64,000 nt of DNA from Chiloscyllium plagiosum (GCF_004010195.1 NC_057720.1:15895397-15959396), one strand, 5' to 3'. Positions 12,041 to 25,800 are shown, counted from the first letter of the stretch. Numbers and translations are program-made. Notes: generated by a model from the sequence alone, not told the origin.

Positions 12041-14174
12041 AGTGGTTTTATGTATCCTGTTTGAATTTATTTCACCATCAAATGTTCTTGCAACAAAACC
12101 AGTGAAGAAAAAAACTCAAAAATCTCTACGGTCTGTCTCAATACTCAATGTTTATTGTACAAGGCAGTATTAGATGTCTAAGAGCCAATTTTAACCCAAC
12201 CCAGCCAACAGGAAAACGGGTGGAATCAGAGTGAATGGAATGTGTGGCCAAGTAATTATTATAATCCCATTGGTTTTCCTCCAAATAGATTAGGAACAAT
12301 TTATCCACATTCATTTTCTAAGCAGTTACTCTATATTCTAGACTTTCTTGATGTAAAGTTGCCTGAAAACTTTCCTTTCACCCTTATCATGGTTCCAATT
12401 ATTATAGCCATATTAATAATCTGTTTTCCTGTACTTCCAGTGTAATCAGTATCTGTATGTATGACTGCACCAATATATCTTCGATTAACAGCTTCTCCTG
12501 GAGTTCTGTTCCACGACATCTCCTATTTTCACAACCTGTAGCATCTTAATTTTCTAATCTCTCTTTCCTCCGTTCCATTATTACATATAGCTTGGGACAT
12601 GCATATTCATGAATTAGTTGAAAACAAATTGCCCACTGCATATGCATGAGTTTCCTAATCCAAAATAAGGCTCCCTCACTGTGTCTCTTGCATATCAGAA
12701 ACACATTACTGCTACAGCAACAAGCTACACAAAAGTAATTGGAATTTATCTAAAATTACATTAACTGAGAGACATAAAAACCAACAACCAGAGGGTGATA
12801 AATATAATGTTGCTTTTGTTACATCAATGGGTTATAAACTTTAAAACACTTCTCATCCTGGAATAATTAAACAAAAACCCATAGACAACATCAAGCAAAT
12901 TAACTGTTATGTACATACGTTCATTGTCAAACACTTTCCAAATACATTTGTTTGGCCACTGTGCTCTGTTACTGTATAATCCCAGTTACATGTAGCAGAA
13001 CTGTTCAATTTTGCAAAGAGTGCAAATTAGTGAATTCAATCCCACATTCACTGTTTCAGCTATCCCAACAAAATGCAAAATGTGAATGTTCTTCACCTAG
13101 TTGGTGCTATTCTACAGTTTCAAATGGGCTTGACGACAATTGCCAGTTTCCCAATTTTACCTCCAATAACAAGTTTGTTATAAATCAAAGCTGAAGAGCA
13201 TTTCTGAACCATGAGACCAACTGAAAGGTTGTCGCTGCATTCAACAGAGCAGCGAATGGTTAATAATATTTGGTCTTTGAACATGCCATGGCCTGAAGGA
13301 ACAGCAAGGGGATGCTGCTGGACAAGTTCTCCCTGGAGCTATTTGCTCATAGGATCAAGTGTTTTCAAGAGAATATAAAACCAAAATTAGACTGTATGTT
13401 CATTACTTTCAAAACGTGCAATGAAATGAATGACAAAAACAATATTTTGGAACAAATCAACACTAATTGATCTGATTAGTAAAACAGACAAGATTACCGC
13501 AATGTCTGTGTTAAACTTTGACTCAATCTACAAACACGATATGCTAAGTAATTTATTACTCACAGAAGTTTGTCCCTCATTGTCAGGCGTCTTTTCACTC
13601 TCACAAAAGGCAGCTTTACTTTAAATAGAAATTAAAATATGTTGAATAAAAATGAATAATATTGTTCAAATCCTTCTCCATTGCTTTTATCTTTGACTAA
13701 ACAATGTTGACATTGAACAATGAGTCAAACTTCTAATCACAGATTTTAATGTTTAGCACATTTAAACAGAGAATGCACATTTTAATATGTGTTCATGCAA
13801 CTGACCAGTTGGGTGTCTCAAAACTCATTAACCAATTTAGTTTTTAACTCTATCTCAGTTGTCTGGGCAACACTTGCGCAATTAAAGATGTGAGTAGTAT
13901 TTACCCACAATGAACACCTTGCCCTTGCTGTGACCATTGCCTCCCTGAAACCCCAAAGTTGAAGACATTTCTCTCCATCTCAGTCCTATCCCGTCTCATT
14001 TAGACTGTGGCCCCTCTGGTTCTGGACTATCCCCAGTTATTGGGTACATCCATTACTTTTGGCGGGTATAGACTGCAGTCAAAGGGCACCTCCTATACTG
14101 TGAGACTTTATCATACTAAAATGTGCATTCCTGATCACATACTGTCACTCAGATTTCTATGATGCCTTCATCAG

Positions 14175-14665
14175 TCAGACATTGAGTTGGGACATCATGT
14201 CACGATTGTACAGGATATTGGTGAGGCCACTTTTGGAATACTGTGTACAATTCTGATCACCCTGCTCGAGGAAGAATAGGACTAAATTAGAGAGGGTTCA
14301 GAAAAACAATAACCAGAATGTTGCCAAGACTGAAGGGTTTGAGGTGTAGGGATAGGCAGAATAGGGTGGGACTTTTTTCACTGGAGTGTCTGAGGCTGAG
14401 GTGACCTTATAGACGTTTATATAATCATGAGGGGCAGCAATAAGGTGAACAGCCAAAGTCTTTTCCCCAGGGTAGGGGAGCCCAAACTAGAGGATATAGT
14501 TTTACAGGGGAAAAATTTAAAAGGGACCTGAGGGGCAACTTTTTCATACAGAGGGTGATGCTTGCATGGAAATGGCAAATGGGACTAGATTTATTTAGGC
14601 TATCTGGTCAGCATGGTCAAGTTGGACTGAGGGGTCTGTTTCCATGCTGTACAGCTCTATGACTC
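14175..14665 (+). mobile_element. CR1/HER1-like LINE 3' fragment
   Basis: GTGAGGCCACTTTTGGAATACTGTGTACAATTCTG through to tail CTCTATGACTC. Confidence 0.85.
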
Positions 14666-14807
14666 AATGCCCTGGAGTCACTTTCTCCAATTTATTCTTT
14701 CATAGTGTGTGACTGTCATAGAGTGATAGAGTCATGCAACATGGAAACAGACCCTTTGGTCTAACCAGTCCATACCGAATATAATCCCAAACTAAACAAG
14801 TCCCATC

Positions 14808-15083
14808 TTCAATTCCCGCCTCAGATGACTCTCTGTGTGGAGTTTGCATGTTCTCCCCGTGTCTGTGTGCGTTTCCTCCGGGTGCTCCGGTTTCCTCCCA
14901 CAATCCAAAAATGTGCAGGTTAGGTGAATTGGCCATGCTAAATTGCCCATCGTGTTAGGTGAAGGGGTAAATGTAGGGGAATGGGTCTGGGTGGGTTGCG
15001 CTTCGGCGGGTCAGTGTGGACTTGTTAGGCCGAAGGGCCTGTTTCCACACTGTAATTAATCTAATCTAATCTAATCTAATCTA
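14808..15083 (+). mobile_element. HE1-like SINE with (CTAAT)n tail
   Basis: Conserved core and microsatellite tail. It lies between a minus-strand LINE tail (14712-14807) and a plus-strand LINE 3' end. Confidence 0.9.
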
Positions 15084-15101
15084 AAGGTAACCCACCTACC
15101 T

Positions 15102-15537
15102 GGGAGCCCAAAACTAGAGGACATAGGTTTAGAGTGAGAGAGGAAAGATTTAAAAGGGTCCTAAGGGGCAACTTTTTCACACGGTGGTGGTTGAGGGGTG
15201 GAGTGGTGGGGTGGTGCATGTATGGAACGAGCTGCCAGAGGAAGTGGTGGTGGCTGGTACAAGTACAAGATTGAAAAGATACTTGGACAGGTACATGGAT
15301 GGTGGTTGAGGGGTGGAGTGGTGGGGTGGTGCGTGTATGGAACGAGCTGCCAGAGGAAGTGGTGGCTGGTACAAGTACAAGATTGAAAAGATACTTGGAC
15401 AGGTACATGGATGGACAAGGTTTAGAGGGATATGGGTCAAACGCAGGCAAATGGAACCAGTTTTATTGGGGAAATGTGGTCGGCATGGATGAGTTGGGCC
15501 GAAGGGTCTGCTTCCATGCTGCATGATTCTATGACTC
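15102..15537 (+). mobile_element. CR1/HER1-like LINE 3' end containing a tandem duplication
   Basis: VVRVWNELPEEVV..LKRYLDRYMD. The segment at 15186-15300 is repeated at 15301-15412. Confidence 0.85.
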
Positions 15538-16863
15538 GATAAGTAGCTGTATTTCACGTGACCTTTAAAGATATGGTTCACTATTGGAGTTTAACAGCTG
15601 GACCCGCAGATGCAGCATTTCAGCCACTGCGGTAACTATTGTTTTGGATCTCCTGTTTACCCCATGAAATTGAGAAGGAACCAGGGATCAATGTTACAAT
15701 GTTGCAGGCTGAAGGGTTCACCTCATCGAGTTATCAAGAGATCTGAATACACTCACCCTGAATTTCTTTGCTACTTCTTTTGGACTCCCAAAAGATCGAC
15801 ATTAGGAGGAGCAGGGATACTGTCCAAGTGGCCTTCTCGAGGTCAGTAAATCCACTACCTCTTATAGGACGGAGGGCATCAAGGAGGTGGATCCAGGACA
15901 AGAATCTCCGAGCTGGAGAGTTGGTGATTATTCACTCCAGAAGGGATCCTCATTCACGTAACTTGTGCCAAGAAAGCAGGGGCACATCTGCCTCTGGAAA
16001 GGTGCCGGTGAGCTCTTTCAGGTGGGAGAAATTGGTGACAGGGATGGAACTGTTTGATCTTGTGCCTTAAGGCAGTTGCATATTGAGATACTAGTCCAGA
16101 GAATCTCAGGCTGTAGATGTCAGCAAAAACACCACTCTTGAGGCTGTATGTTCCCTATCATTATGTAAGGCTCCTGATGTACTCCATTATTTACATCTGT
16201 GCATAGGTTCTAGGCAAGTCACTGATTGACTATGGTCTTACTGAATAATGCAGCAAGCTCAAACAACTAACTATGGATGTATCTCCACCAGTGCAGCTCT
16301 CTACTGCAATGTCTAGCTTCACCTGCTCATTCTCGACTGGTATCTTCTCTCTTAATGACATCATTTGCAGCATCATAATTCATGCAAATTGAATTATACT
16401 AGAGGGAAACTGAGGTGTAGAACCAAAAATAAATCCTTCTGGATGCTGGAAGTTAAATACGTATGTTTTTTTGAAAGATAATATTCTGGATTGTGGCGGG
16501 CTGAGTGGGGAGGAGGGAGGGTTCCATGATGTCTCTTGAGTGAGATGGGCGTTTCGATACTTCCATCACCATGGCAGCTAGATTCTAGATTGTCCAGCCA
16601 CATCAAGCAAATGCTGATGAGATGGTTTCCCAGAATCCAGCAGGCTCACAATTAGAGTCATAGAGTCACTGAAACAGACCCTTCATGAAGGCACCATCCT
16701 GGTCCTGCGGATTATTTCTTTTCCTAATTATTATTTCCACTGGCCATCAACGGAGGGCATTGCTGTGAATGTCAATTAGCAGCCAGGCTGATATAAAACC
16801 GGATAAACACACTTTGTTTGACTTCTTGCATCTTCAGCCAAAGAATTGATTCACAAATTTTGA

Positions 16864-16924
16864 TTTTACTGCTCCTCGGATGCTGCCTGAACTGCTGTGC
16901 TCTTCCAGCGCCGCTAATCCAGAA
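16864..16924 (+). mobile_element. 61-bp internal PLE pLTR fragment with 13-bp TSD
   Basis: Near-identical to 27670-27730. Perfect direct repeat TCACAAATTTTGA at 16851-16863 and 16925-16937. Confidence 0.8.
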
Positions 16925-18016
16925 TCACAAATTTTGACATCACTTGGTAATTTTCAATTATTCAAAGAAAAAGTGATGACTACTTTGCATGGAGAATGAC
17001 ATAACGGGGATAACATTTGTCAGTGAACGGACACTTAAGATTTTCCTTGCATTGTCTGATAATTACAAGGGCAGTATCGTATCAGTGGAGATGATCACAT
17101 AAAGGCGGGAATACACAACTGTCAGGCTTTGATGACAAAGCCTGTTCTTGCTTGGCCGTTCCTTCAATCCAGACATGATGAGGGAAGGGAATGAAGAAAG
17201 TGGCTCACACATGGCTAGCTTACTGAGGATACAAATGAAAGATTATGTTAATCCGTACTCCATTGTCCCCTGCAAAATGTTTTCTACCATGCCTTTTATC
17301 TGTTGGAGTAGAGATCCACAACCTCTCAACTCTGTGACAGGGAGCACTTTCTGTGTGGTTTCTGGGTAATTAACACCACTACAAGGCCTGAAAACACCTT
17401 TTCACTTTCTCTAGTCAGGCTTGTGGTCTTCTTTGGATTGCAACAGGGGAGCTTCCCTTATTCCCTGCTTGTGGTCCAAGTGATAGTCTCAGTTCAGACA
17501 CAGATACATGAGCCATCTGTTATTATAAGACAAATAACGCCTGAACCCTTCGGAACAAAAGCAAGCTTTAAGAATCGGATCGGTTGAGTACTTCAATCGG
17601 ACAGGTGAACGATTCTGTCACAATGTGCACAACTGGGTTTCTTAAAAGTCAGTGTTACCCACTACAAATGCCGCCATTTCTTTTGTGCTCCTTAAAGTTT
17701 TAGTGAAATGCATAAATCCTGGGCAGGCTAAAATGTCAGCCTATTGCACTTCTCTTTTAAAAAAGATTGCAGCTGAGTTGTTACTAAGGAAACACGTTAT
17801 CTGTGGCTGAGCAAGGTTCCACACAGAATGTCAAAATAAATGTATTCAAGAGATTTGAAGTATTGATCAATGCTTCTTTTAAAAATGCAGCCTGCAAGGC
17901 AAGCGAACCACTTCCACGACACCGTCAGATCTGTTTAAAACTTCCTGATGTCTTTTTGGATGTTTGAAATCTTGAGCCGCTTGATTCCTTTTGTGCCGTT
18001 ACTGCTGGGGACTGAC

Positions 18017-18118
18017 CTGTAATCTTTTTCCCACCCGGAGTAAAGAGGCTGGGACAACCCTGCCACCGACTCTAACAGCTGCTTAAATTCACCAGAGGGG
18101 AGATAGGCAATCCTACTT
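18017..18118 (-). other. Candidate internal coding exon (102 nt), gene unidentified
   Basis: Acceptor ttgtggttttcttttag| and donor ACAG|gtcagt. Only one frame is open: SRIAYLPSGEFKQLLESVAGLSQPLYSGWEKDY. Non-repetitive context. Confidence 0.35.
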
Positions 18119-19784
18119 CTAAAAGAAAACCACAAGGCTTATGTCCGCGATGCCTTGAGAAGGGCTTTAAGGAAGAGGTCAAAGGTTGCTGAAAGATAAA
18201 GTGAGGTACAAGAAGATCAGTGAAGTTGGATCTTCTTGACGCAGAAAAATCATGTCTGTTTTCACGATGTAAACAACATCACTTCATTTAAAACAGCTTC
18301 TGATTCTGCAGGTCAGGCCTCTGTACCTCTGAAAGCCCGATTCAGTTGTTCTTGTCACGAGTACTTTGTCTTACACAGACTGCATTACTCTGGTAAACAG
18401 GGGCAACATCAAAGCAAGAGCAGATAGAGTCACATCAGTGGATTAAGTTCTTCTGCATGATAAAGTAGCTACCCAGGGTGGAATTAACTTAATATGTGAA
18501 AGAATGTGATTCAGAAGGAATGAAGTACCCAAACTCTGTCATTCTGTTCATAATATCCTAAATCCAATCCCTGACACTGCGGCCTTAGGCTGGTGTTAGT
18601 GTTAATCAATGAAATAACCCATCTGTGTTCTCTGTCCTTATCGCAATTTAAACCTAGCCTAAACTCAATTATTATCCCTTAGAGACCCAGATGGGATATT
18701 CACTTTAGTGAAAGGGATTCTGTCCAGCAAAGAAATCCCAGTGTTAAAGTGCAGAGGTGTCAACATTGCGAGCTAAATTCCAGTTAAGCAGAGATTAGAA
18801 GCGGGTTGGAGAGATGAAAACAATTCTGGGTTTGGTTTGGGTGGGGAATCTCCAAAACTTCTGAGTACAATAATCAGCCCAAAGTGTTCTACTTAAAGCT
18901 GAGTGCTTGCTTTGTACTTTACAGCTACCTAAAAAATGTCAATGCCCCGAGCACTGCTTTCTTTCCAGTTATTGTTTGTTCCCCTTGTGGTGGACAGTTT
19001 AAAGGTGTTTCCCCAAAGTTGCCAAAGTTGGAAAGAGGGAGTCAGTTTTAAGTAATCCTGCAGCAAGCTTTTTGAATTTCAAAAGGAAAGGTTTAGCTTA
19101 TTTCTCACACCCTTGCCCCGGAGGTCAGTGAATCACGGGCAGTCGGGGGTCTCGTCTGCCACCCAGAGAACCAGGCAGAGGCCCAGGCTTCCACTTTTTG
19201 GGAATCAACAAGGCCGACAAGGTTACTACAGGAAAAACACACACTACCATGCCGGGGTCATGAAAGGACAAAGGTCACAGGCAAGTAATGGGGCAGAGGT
19301 TGGATTCTGTGGGCTGGGGTCATGGGGAGAAGAGAACAGGTAAGCTCCACCAAGGAGCTGCCAATGGAACATCCCTTTCTGATGTCTAATTCCTCAATTA
19401 TGCCTTTAATTGGAATGGGCCTTTCACCCACATAAGCTCACTGCATAGGTTTAGCTGCCGTGCATGCCACAAGGTGACAGAATTTGCCTGCAACTGGGTC
19501 AATACCAACACTGACAGAATAAGGTAGTCTTTAATTGGCCACTTAAAGGCCTATACTGGTGGAGAAGTAGACCTCTGGACCTTCCCACCCAAGATTTAAT
19601 TCTGCTCGAGATAGGAAGGCAATGGAGTTGAGATACGCCAACAACCTAACCAATTAAATGCCCCTCCTGCCTCAAACCCCAACAAATTACACCCTATGTC
19701 TTACTCTCACTCTGTCTCTCTCTCTCTCACACACACACACAAACTAGGTGGAGATGAAGATAACAACGATAATGCATGCAGAAA

Positions 19785-20190
19785 CATAGAAATTAAGAGC
19801 AACAATAGAATTTTTAGCTCTTTGAGCCTGTTCCAACATTCAATATGATGATGTTCCTGCTTTCTCCCACTATCTTTCGATCTCTTTAGCCCGAAGAACT
19901 GGAGTCATTTCCTTCTTGAAAACATTCCACATTTTGACTTCAATGGCACAGAATTCCACCACTTTCTGGGTGAGGACATTTCTCCTCATCTCAGACTAAA
20001 TAGCCTACCCTGTTTCTTTAGACTGTGAGTCCTGTTTCTGGACTGTCTAGCCATTGGGAATATTATCCCATGCTTATCCTCTCTAGTCTTGTTTAAATTT
20101 TATAGATTTCTAGATAATTCTCCTGCACTGTGTTTTTCTAAACTCCCCAGTGATTGTAGTCCTAACTGATCCAATCTCTCAAATGGCAAG
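19785..20190 (-). mobile_element. CR1-like LINE 3' fragment
   Basis: AGAAACATAGAA tail, TTTCTCCTCATCTCAG motif. Confidence 0.7.
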
Positions 20191-20208
20191 ATTTCAGAAC
20201 CTAGTATG

Positions 20209-20480
20209 GGGTGGCACGGTGGCTCAGTGGTTAGCACTGCTGCCTCACAGCGCCATGGACCCAGGTTCAATTCCCGCCTCAGGCAACTGTCTGTGTGGAG
20301 TTTGCACATTCTCCCCCTGTCTGCATGGGTTTCCTCCCGGTGCTCCGGTTTCCTCCCACAGTCCAAAGATGTGCAGGTTAGGTGGCCATGCTAATTGTCC
20401 ATAGTGTTAGGTGTAGGAGAATGGGTCAGTGTGGACTTGTTGGGCTGAAGGGCCTGTTTCCACACTGTAGGGAATCTAAT
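20209..20480 (+). mobile_element. HE1-like SINE (internal deletion)
   Basis: A/B boxes GGTGGCTCAGTGG and GGTTCAATTCC, plus core and tail. Confidence 0.9.
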
Positions 20481-21955
20481 ACGTTGTTCCTAATATTGCT
20501 CTGCTGATGATTGTTTCCACGTGAAGGCCTGCAGATGTAATCAGGGAGGGAAGGGAGAGAGAGGCCTTGTTTCTCACCAATTGTCCTGTTGATAACGGTA
20601 GCCTTACTGTTTTTGGTGGAGTTCCCTCTCTCCTGAGTAGTCTGTCTTTGTGTGATCTGTTTGCCTATCCTACTTCATTGTCAGCAGCAAACAAAGATGG
20701 CCACTCGACGTGACCTTGACAAAATATTGTGTCAGCTTCCAAAATAAGCCATTGTGTCAAAACACAACCTGAATTTCTCCCCTGGCTGCGGCAGTGGCTT
20801 CAAAAACTCTGATCAGTTAATGTATTTTGTAGTTTGAGAAAAACCATCAAAGTTTCTACTTTTCATTTAAGGAACATTTGCTGAATTATTTTTTCATGTG
20901 TGGGAATGTCCTTTCATCTCCATGGAGAGTGATTGAATACACAATGGAAGGTGACTCCCTCCAAATCCATTCTTGAACCGGTCCTAATTTTTAAAAATGT
21001 AACCTTTCAAATTCAGTTTTCAAAGTTTATAGTACTGTAATGGTACCCTGAACAGTGGTAGGTGCTATTTATAAAAGATTGTTTTTCTCCCTGCAACTTT
21101 TCCTGCAACTTGCAGCAAAATTACAATTTTTCACAAGTCTGGCATTTTCAAAGAAATTGTAGAAAAGTTGTGAAAATCACAGCCTTGCAGGAAACTAAGA
21201 TGAGGAATTTGCCTCGCTGTGGTCGGGAATTCGCCATCTGGGAAATCTTAGGTGTGAACCAACGTGCTACCATTTCAATAGCAACACACAGAGCTGCCTC
21301 AGATATATGGCATTTTTAAGTTTGTCAATGAGTTCATTAAAACTTAGATTTCTGTGACGAACACCCCACGTTTTCTTCATGGTGCCTCAGATACTGTCAG
21401 TTTTCATGCACATAGCATTGACGTTTGAAGCCAATGGTTATCAAAGTAACAATTTTGAATCCACCAATTTTCTGCACATGATTACAGTACTTGTGAGTGC
21501 AAGGAAAAAAGCCCCAGAGCTTAACCCTTTCGTTTCATGTTGGATCTGTCGTGTTTTGTGGCTGAGTAGTCTCTCACATTCTATCTTGCCTTGTTGTGTT
21601 GACGTCTTGTCAAAAATGGTAGAACAACCCAGTAAAAGAGGAGATAAAAAATGTTCACGTGTAGCAACACTGTCACAATACCAAAGAGACAAACAATTTG
21701 CAGGTTAGTCAGCATCCGAGGAAGAAATGCAGGTTAACCTTTTGAATTTGACCCTTTGTTAGAATCAGGAGTTCTAGGTCACTGGTTGATTAATCACTCA
21801 TTCACTGGTTTGACATTTACGGTTTCCTTCTTCATATTTTATTTTTAAGGCATCTTCATTCAGCAAGATAGTAAAGTTACAAATCAGTGGATTGGAAGTG
21901 GTATAGGTCTTATAACAGTCAAGTGTCAAAATAAGCTGGATTAACTGATTTTTTG

Positions 21956-22296
21956 AGGCGACATGGTGGCTCAGTGGTTAGCACTGCTGCCTCACAGCAC
22001 CAGAGACCAGGTTCGATTCCAGCCTTCGGTGACTGTCTGTGTGGAGTTTGCACGTTCTCCCTGTGTATGCATGGGTTTCCTCTGGGTGCTCTGGTTTTCT
22101 CTCACAATCCAAAGATGTGCAGGTTAGGTGAATTGGTCAGGTTAAGTTACTCATAGTGTTCAGAGATGTGTAGGTTAGGTGCATTAGTCAGGGGTAAATA
22201 TAGGGTAGAGGAGTGGGTCAGGGTGGGTTACTCTTTGGAGGGGCAGTGTGAGCTTGTTGGGCCGACAGGCCTGTTTCCACACTGTGGGGATTCTAT
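21956..22296 (+). mobile_element. HE1-like SINE
   Basis: A/B boxes (GGTTCGATTCC), core and tail. Confidence 0.9.
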
Positions 22297-22874
22297 TAAA
22301 ATAAAACTGCTCCCCACCCCCAGGCCATGAAAATGAAAACCTGTTATCAACCTCATCTTTAGTTGCAGAAAGATCGAACTGTTAATGTTCAATTACAGTG
22401 AAATCATGCTGAGCAATATTAGCATAAGAACACATTAATGTGTTTGTTGGCAATTTCTCCGTCCATTATTTTAACGAAGTGCTTATTCCTTTGAAGTAAA
22501 TGTTTTCACATCTGCAATGAAACAGTAGAGAAACATAAGACTGTGTTATGTAATACCCAGGAACCTCCTCCCATGGTCTTGCTCACAGCTAGTGAAGCAA
22601 AGCAAAGCAGGGGTGATTTTGGTGCATGCGGCATGTGGATTCTGTTGCTGGATAGTGAGCTGGCACATGAGAGAGCGAGAGACAGACAGGGCCATTTTTA
22701 TGTCAAAGGTGAGATGCCCATGTATTTTCTGTATGAAATACCCATTAACATTTGTGATTCTGAGGGGCCTTTGACAGGATAAATGTAGAAAAGGTGTTTC
22801 CTCTTGTGGGAGAATCTAGAACTAGCACTCACTTTATAAAAATAAGGGATCAGTCATTTCAGAAGAACAAAGAG

Positions 22875-25800
22875 GAGCATGGGAACAAGGCCCTTCGACC
22901 CACAAGCTCTCACCAACACAAGATACCCTTCTGAACTAAAAACCTGCCACCTCTACACTGTCTGGATCCCTGTATTCACTGCCTGTTCAGGTGCCACTTA
23001 AGCGTTGCTACCGTTGGTGATTCCACCACCTCCTCTGGCAGCCCATTCCAGGCACTCACCACCTTCTGTGTAAAAAAACTTGTCCCTCACATCTCCTTGA
23101 AAATTAACGCCTTTTACCTTAAACCTATGCCCCCTAGTGATTGACATTTCCACATCGGGAAATAGACTCTTACTATCTGTTCTATCGATACCACTCGTAA
23201 TTTTGTAAACTTCTATCAGGTAGATGTTCAAGAATCTACTGACGACCATGAAATGCTTGCTGACTGCCAGAAAAGCCCATCTGGCTCAGTAATGAGGGAA
23301 GGAAATTCAGGGAAGGAAATCTGCCATCTTCACCTGGTCTGACCTACATGTGACTCCAGACCCACAGCGATGTGGTTAACTCTCAACTGCCCTCTCTCAG
23401 TTCAAGTAAAATTAGGGACAGGCAATAAATACTGGCCAGCCAGCGATGCCCATGTCCCACTAGAGAATTAAAAAAATCCTCCTCCAAATTGTTTATGTAT
23501 ACTACAAACAACGGAAGTCCCGGCAGTAATCCCTGTGGAACATTACTGACCACAGATCTCCTGTCTGAAAAACATCCTTCCGCTGCTGTCATCTATGACA
23601 AAGTCAGTTCTTGTTTTTGTCTTACCAGCTCACCACAGATCCCACATGATTTCACCTTTTGTATCAGCTTGCCATGAGGGACCTTGTTAAAATCCATGTA
23701 GATAATATTCACCGACCTGTTGGGAGGCCTGTAAAACAATCCCAAAGTGACTGCATCCTTCCTATTCCTGAGCTCTACCCATATAGCCTCGCTGAATGAG
23801 CCCTCCTGGGTGTCCTCCCTCAGTCCAGCTGTGATATTCTCCCCTATCCGTAACGCAACTCCCTCACTTCTTAAATCCCTCCCTATCTCGTGACAGACAT
23901 TTAAATCCCAAAACATTACTCTCTCAGCCAAGTCTCTGTAATAGTTCCAACATCATAACTCTATGGATTAATCCAAGCTCTAAGTTCATTTGCCTTATCT
24001 GTCATACACCTTGCATTAAATAAATATACTTCAACCCACCTGTCCCACTGTGTTCAATAACTTCTCCGTGTCTGCTGTTCCTCTTAGTGCCCATTGCTCT
24101 GGTTCCTGACTCCCTACCAAACTAGTTTAAACCCTCCTGAGTGGCGTGAGCAAACCTCCTTGCTAGGATGATGGTGCCCCTCCAGTTCAGATGCAACCCA
24201 TCCTTTTTGTACAGGTCTTAACCACACCAGAAGACATTCCAATGATCCACATACCTGTAAGATGGTGGAGTGAATAGGGATTCTGAGCCTGCGCTCATCC
24301 GTTCTGTCTACTTTTCTTTTTGCTTTGTTTTACATTCTATCTCTCTTTGCTCATGTTGTCTCATTCTTTCTCTTTTATTTAACTTACATCTTGTTGAAGA
24401 GCTCAGTTGCAGCGATAGCATTGATGGCGGCAAGTAGGCCCAACAGGCCCTTGAGTGGGCCCAACAGTGCAGACCCCAGTGGGCCCAACAACGTGGACAT
24501 ATGGCAGCAGTGTTGGAGATGGTTTGAGTTCCTGGCAGTGTCAGCTTCCATGTGTGGTGGCGATGGTGGAGGTGAGTTTGGTTCGGTAGCTGGGAGCACC
24601 GGCGGTATCTGCATTGGCAAGATCCAGTGAGGACACAGTGGTGAGGGTGTCGGTGGAGGCAAGATGGCGCCAAAGATTGGAAACTCTTGTTCCAGTAGCA
24701 GTGGCGAAGGGACTCATGCCTGGCCACCAGACACATGGCCCATGATGCAGCACTTAACAAGATGGACCGTAAAGCTGGACATTTTTTCTTTTCTTCTTTA
24801 TTCTTCTGCTTTTATGTTCCATGTTTTCATTTGTATTTCTGTGTTTTAAAATGGCATTGGAGAATGGAGACACTATACCACACTTTTCACCATATTTTAT
24901 AAGAAAACACACGTGACAATAAATAAATAAACAGATAAATAGATAAATGAAAAAATGAAATCCCTTCCTCCTACACCAGCGCTTTAGCCACATATTTAAC
25001 TGTACTATCTATTCCTAGCCTGACTGGCATGTGGCACAGGAAGTAAACTCAGTCCTGCTTATCAATGTCCTACCTAATTTTATGAATTTCCTTTGCAGAA
25101 CCTCACCTCTCTTTCTATTGATGTCATCAGTACCAATATGGACCATGACCTCTGGCTGCTCACCATTCCCCTTGGGAATGTCTTGTGCCCACTTGGAGGC
25201 ATCTTTGAACCTGATACTGAGAAGGTGACACACCATCCTGGAATTTCTCTCATAGCCACAGCAACACCAATCTGTGCCCCTGACGATAAAGTCCCCTATC
25301 ACTGCTAGTTGCCTCTCTCCTGTACCGCTGTGTCAGTTGTGGTGCCACTGATCTGGTTGCTGCTGTTGCTTTCCCCTGAACGGCCATTCCGCCATCACCC
25401 CTCCAACAGTACCCAGAATGGTAAAACCCGTTTGAGAGGGCAATGGCCACAGGGGTCTCCCACACGACCTGCTCACACTTACTTGTCTTGCTAGTGGTCA
25501 CCCAACTCTTCCCTGTCTGTGCAGCCCTTTCTGGTGATGTGACGAGATTGTTAAATGTGCTATCCATGATATTCTCAGCCTCATGGATGCTCCACAGTGA
25601 GTCCATTCTCAGTTCAGGAGCAGTATCCGGCAAATCAGGAGATGTGGCTGAACACACTTCCTGCGTATGTAGTCACTACGGGCACTGGAAGTATCCCTGA
25701 TTTCCTACATATTGCAGGAGGAGCATTCCATGGATCATTGTGGACCTTATCAACTACAGACGATAATCCAGGAAATTATACAACCGTACTCACTAGTCAC
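22875..25800 (-). mobile_element. Internally deleted CR1 LINE with ORF1 esterase, APE and RT remnants
   Basis: 25015-25302 IGDFIVRG..VMVHIGTDD (SGNH/GDSL esterase of CR1 ORF1). 23700-23930 SEAIWVEL..GLFYRPPN (APE). VPQG..LFVVYINNL (RT). 3' tail at about 22880. Confidence 0.85.
24259..24955 (+). mobile_element. Non-autonomous retroposon with Rex1-like 3' tail inserted in CR1
   Basis: Starts AAGATGGTGG, has a GC-rich body and ends CACTTTTCAC..CACGTGACAATAAA(TAAA)n like 30165-30210. It interrupts the CR1. Confidence 0.55.
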
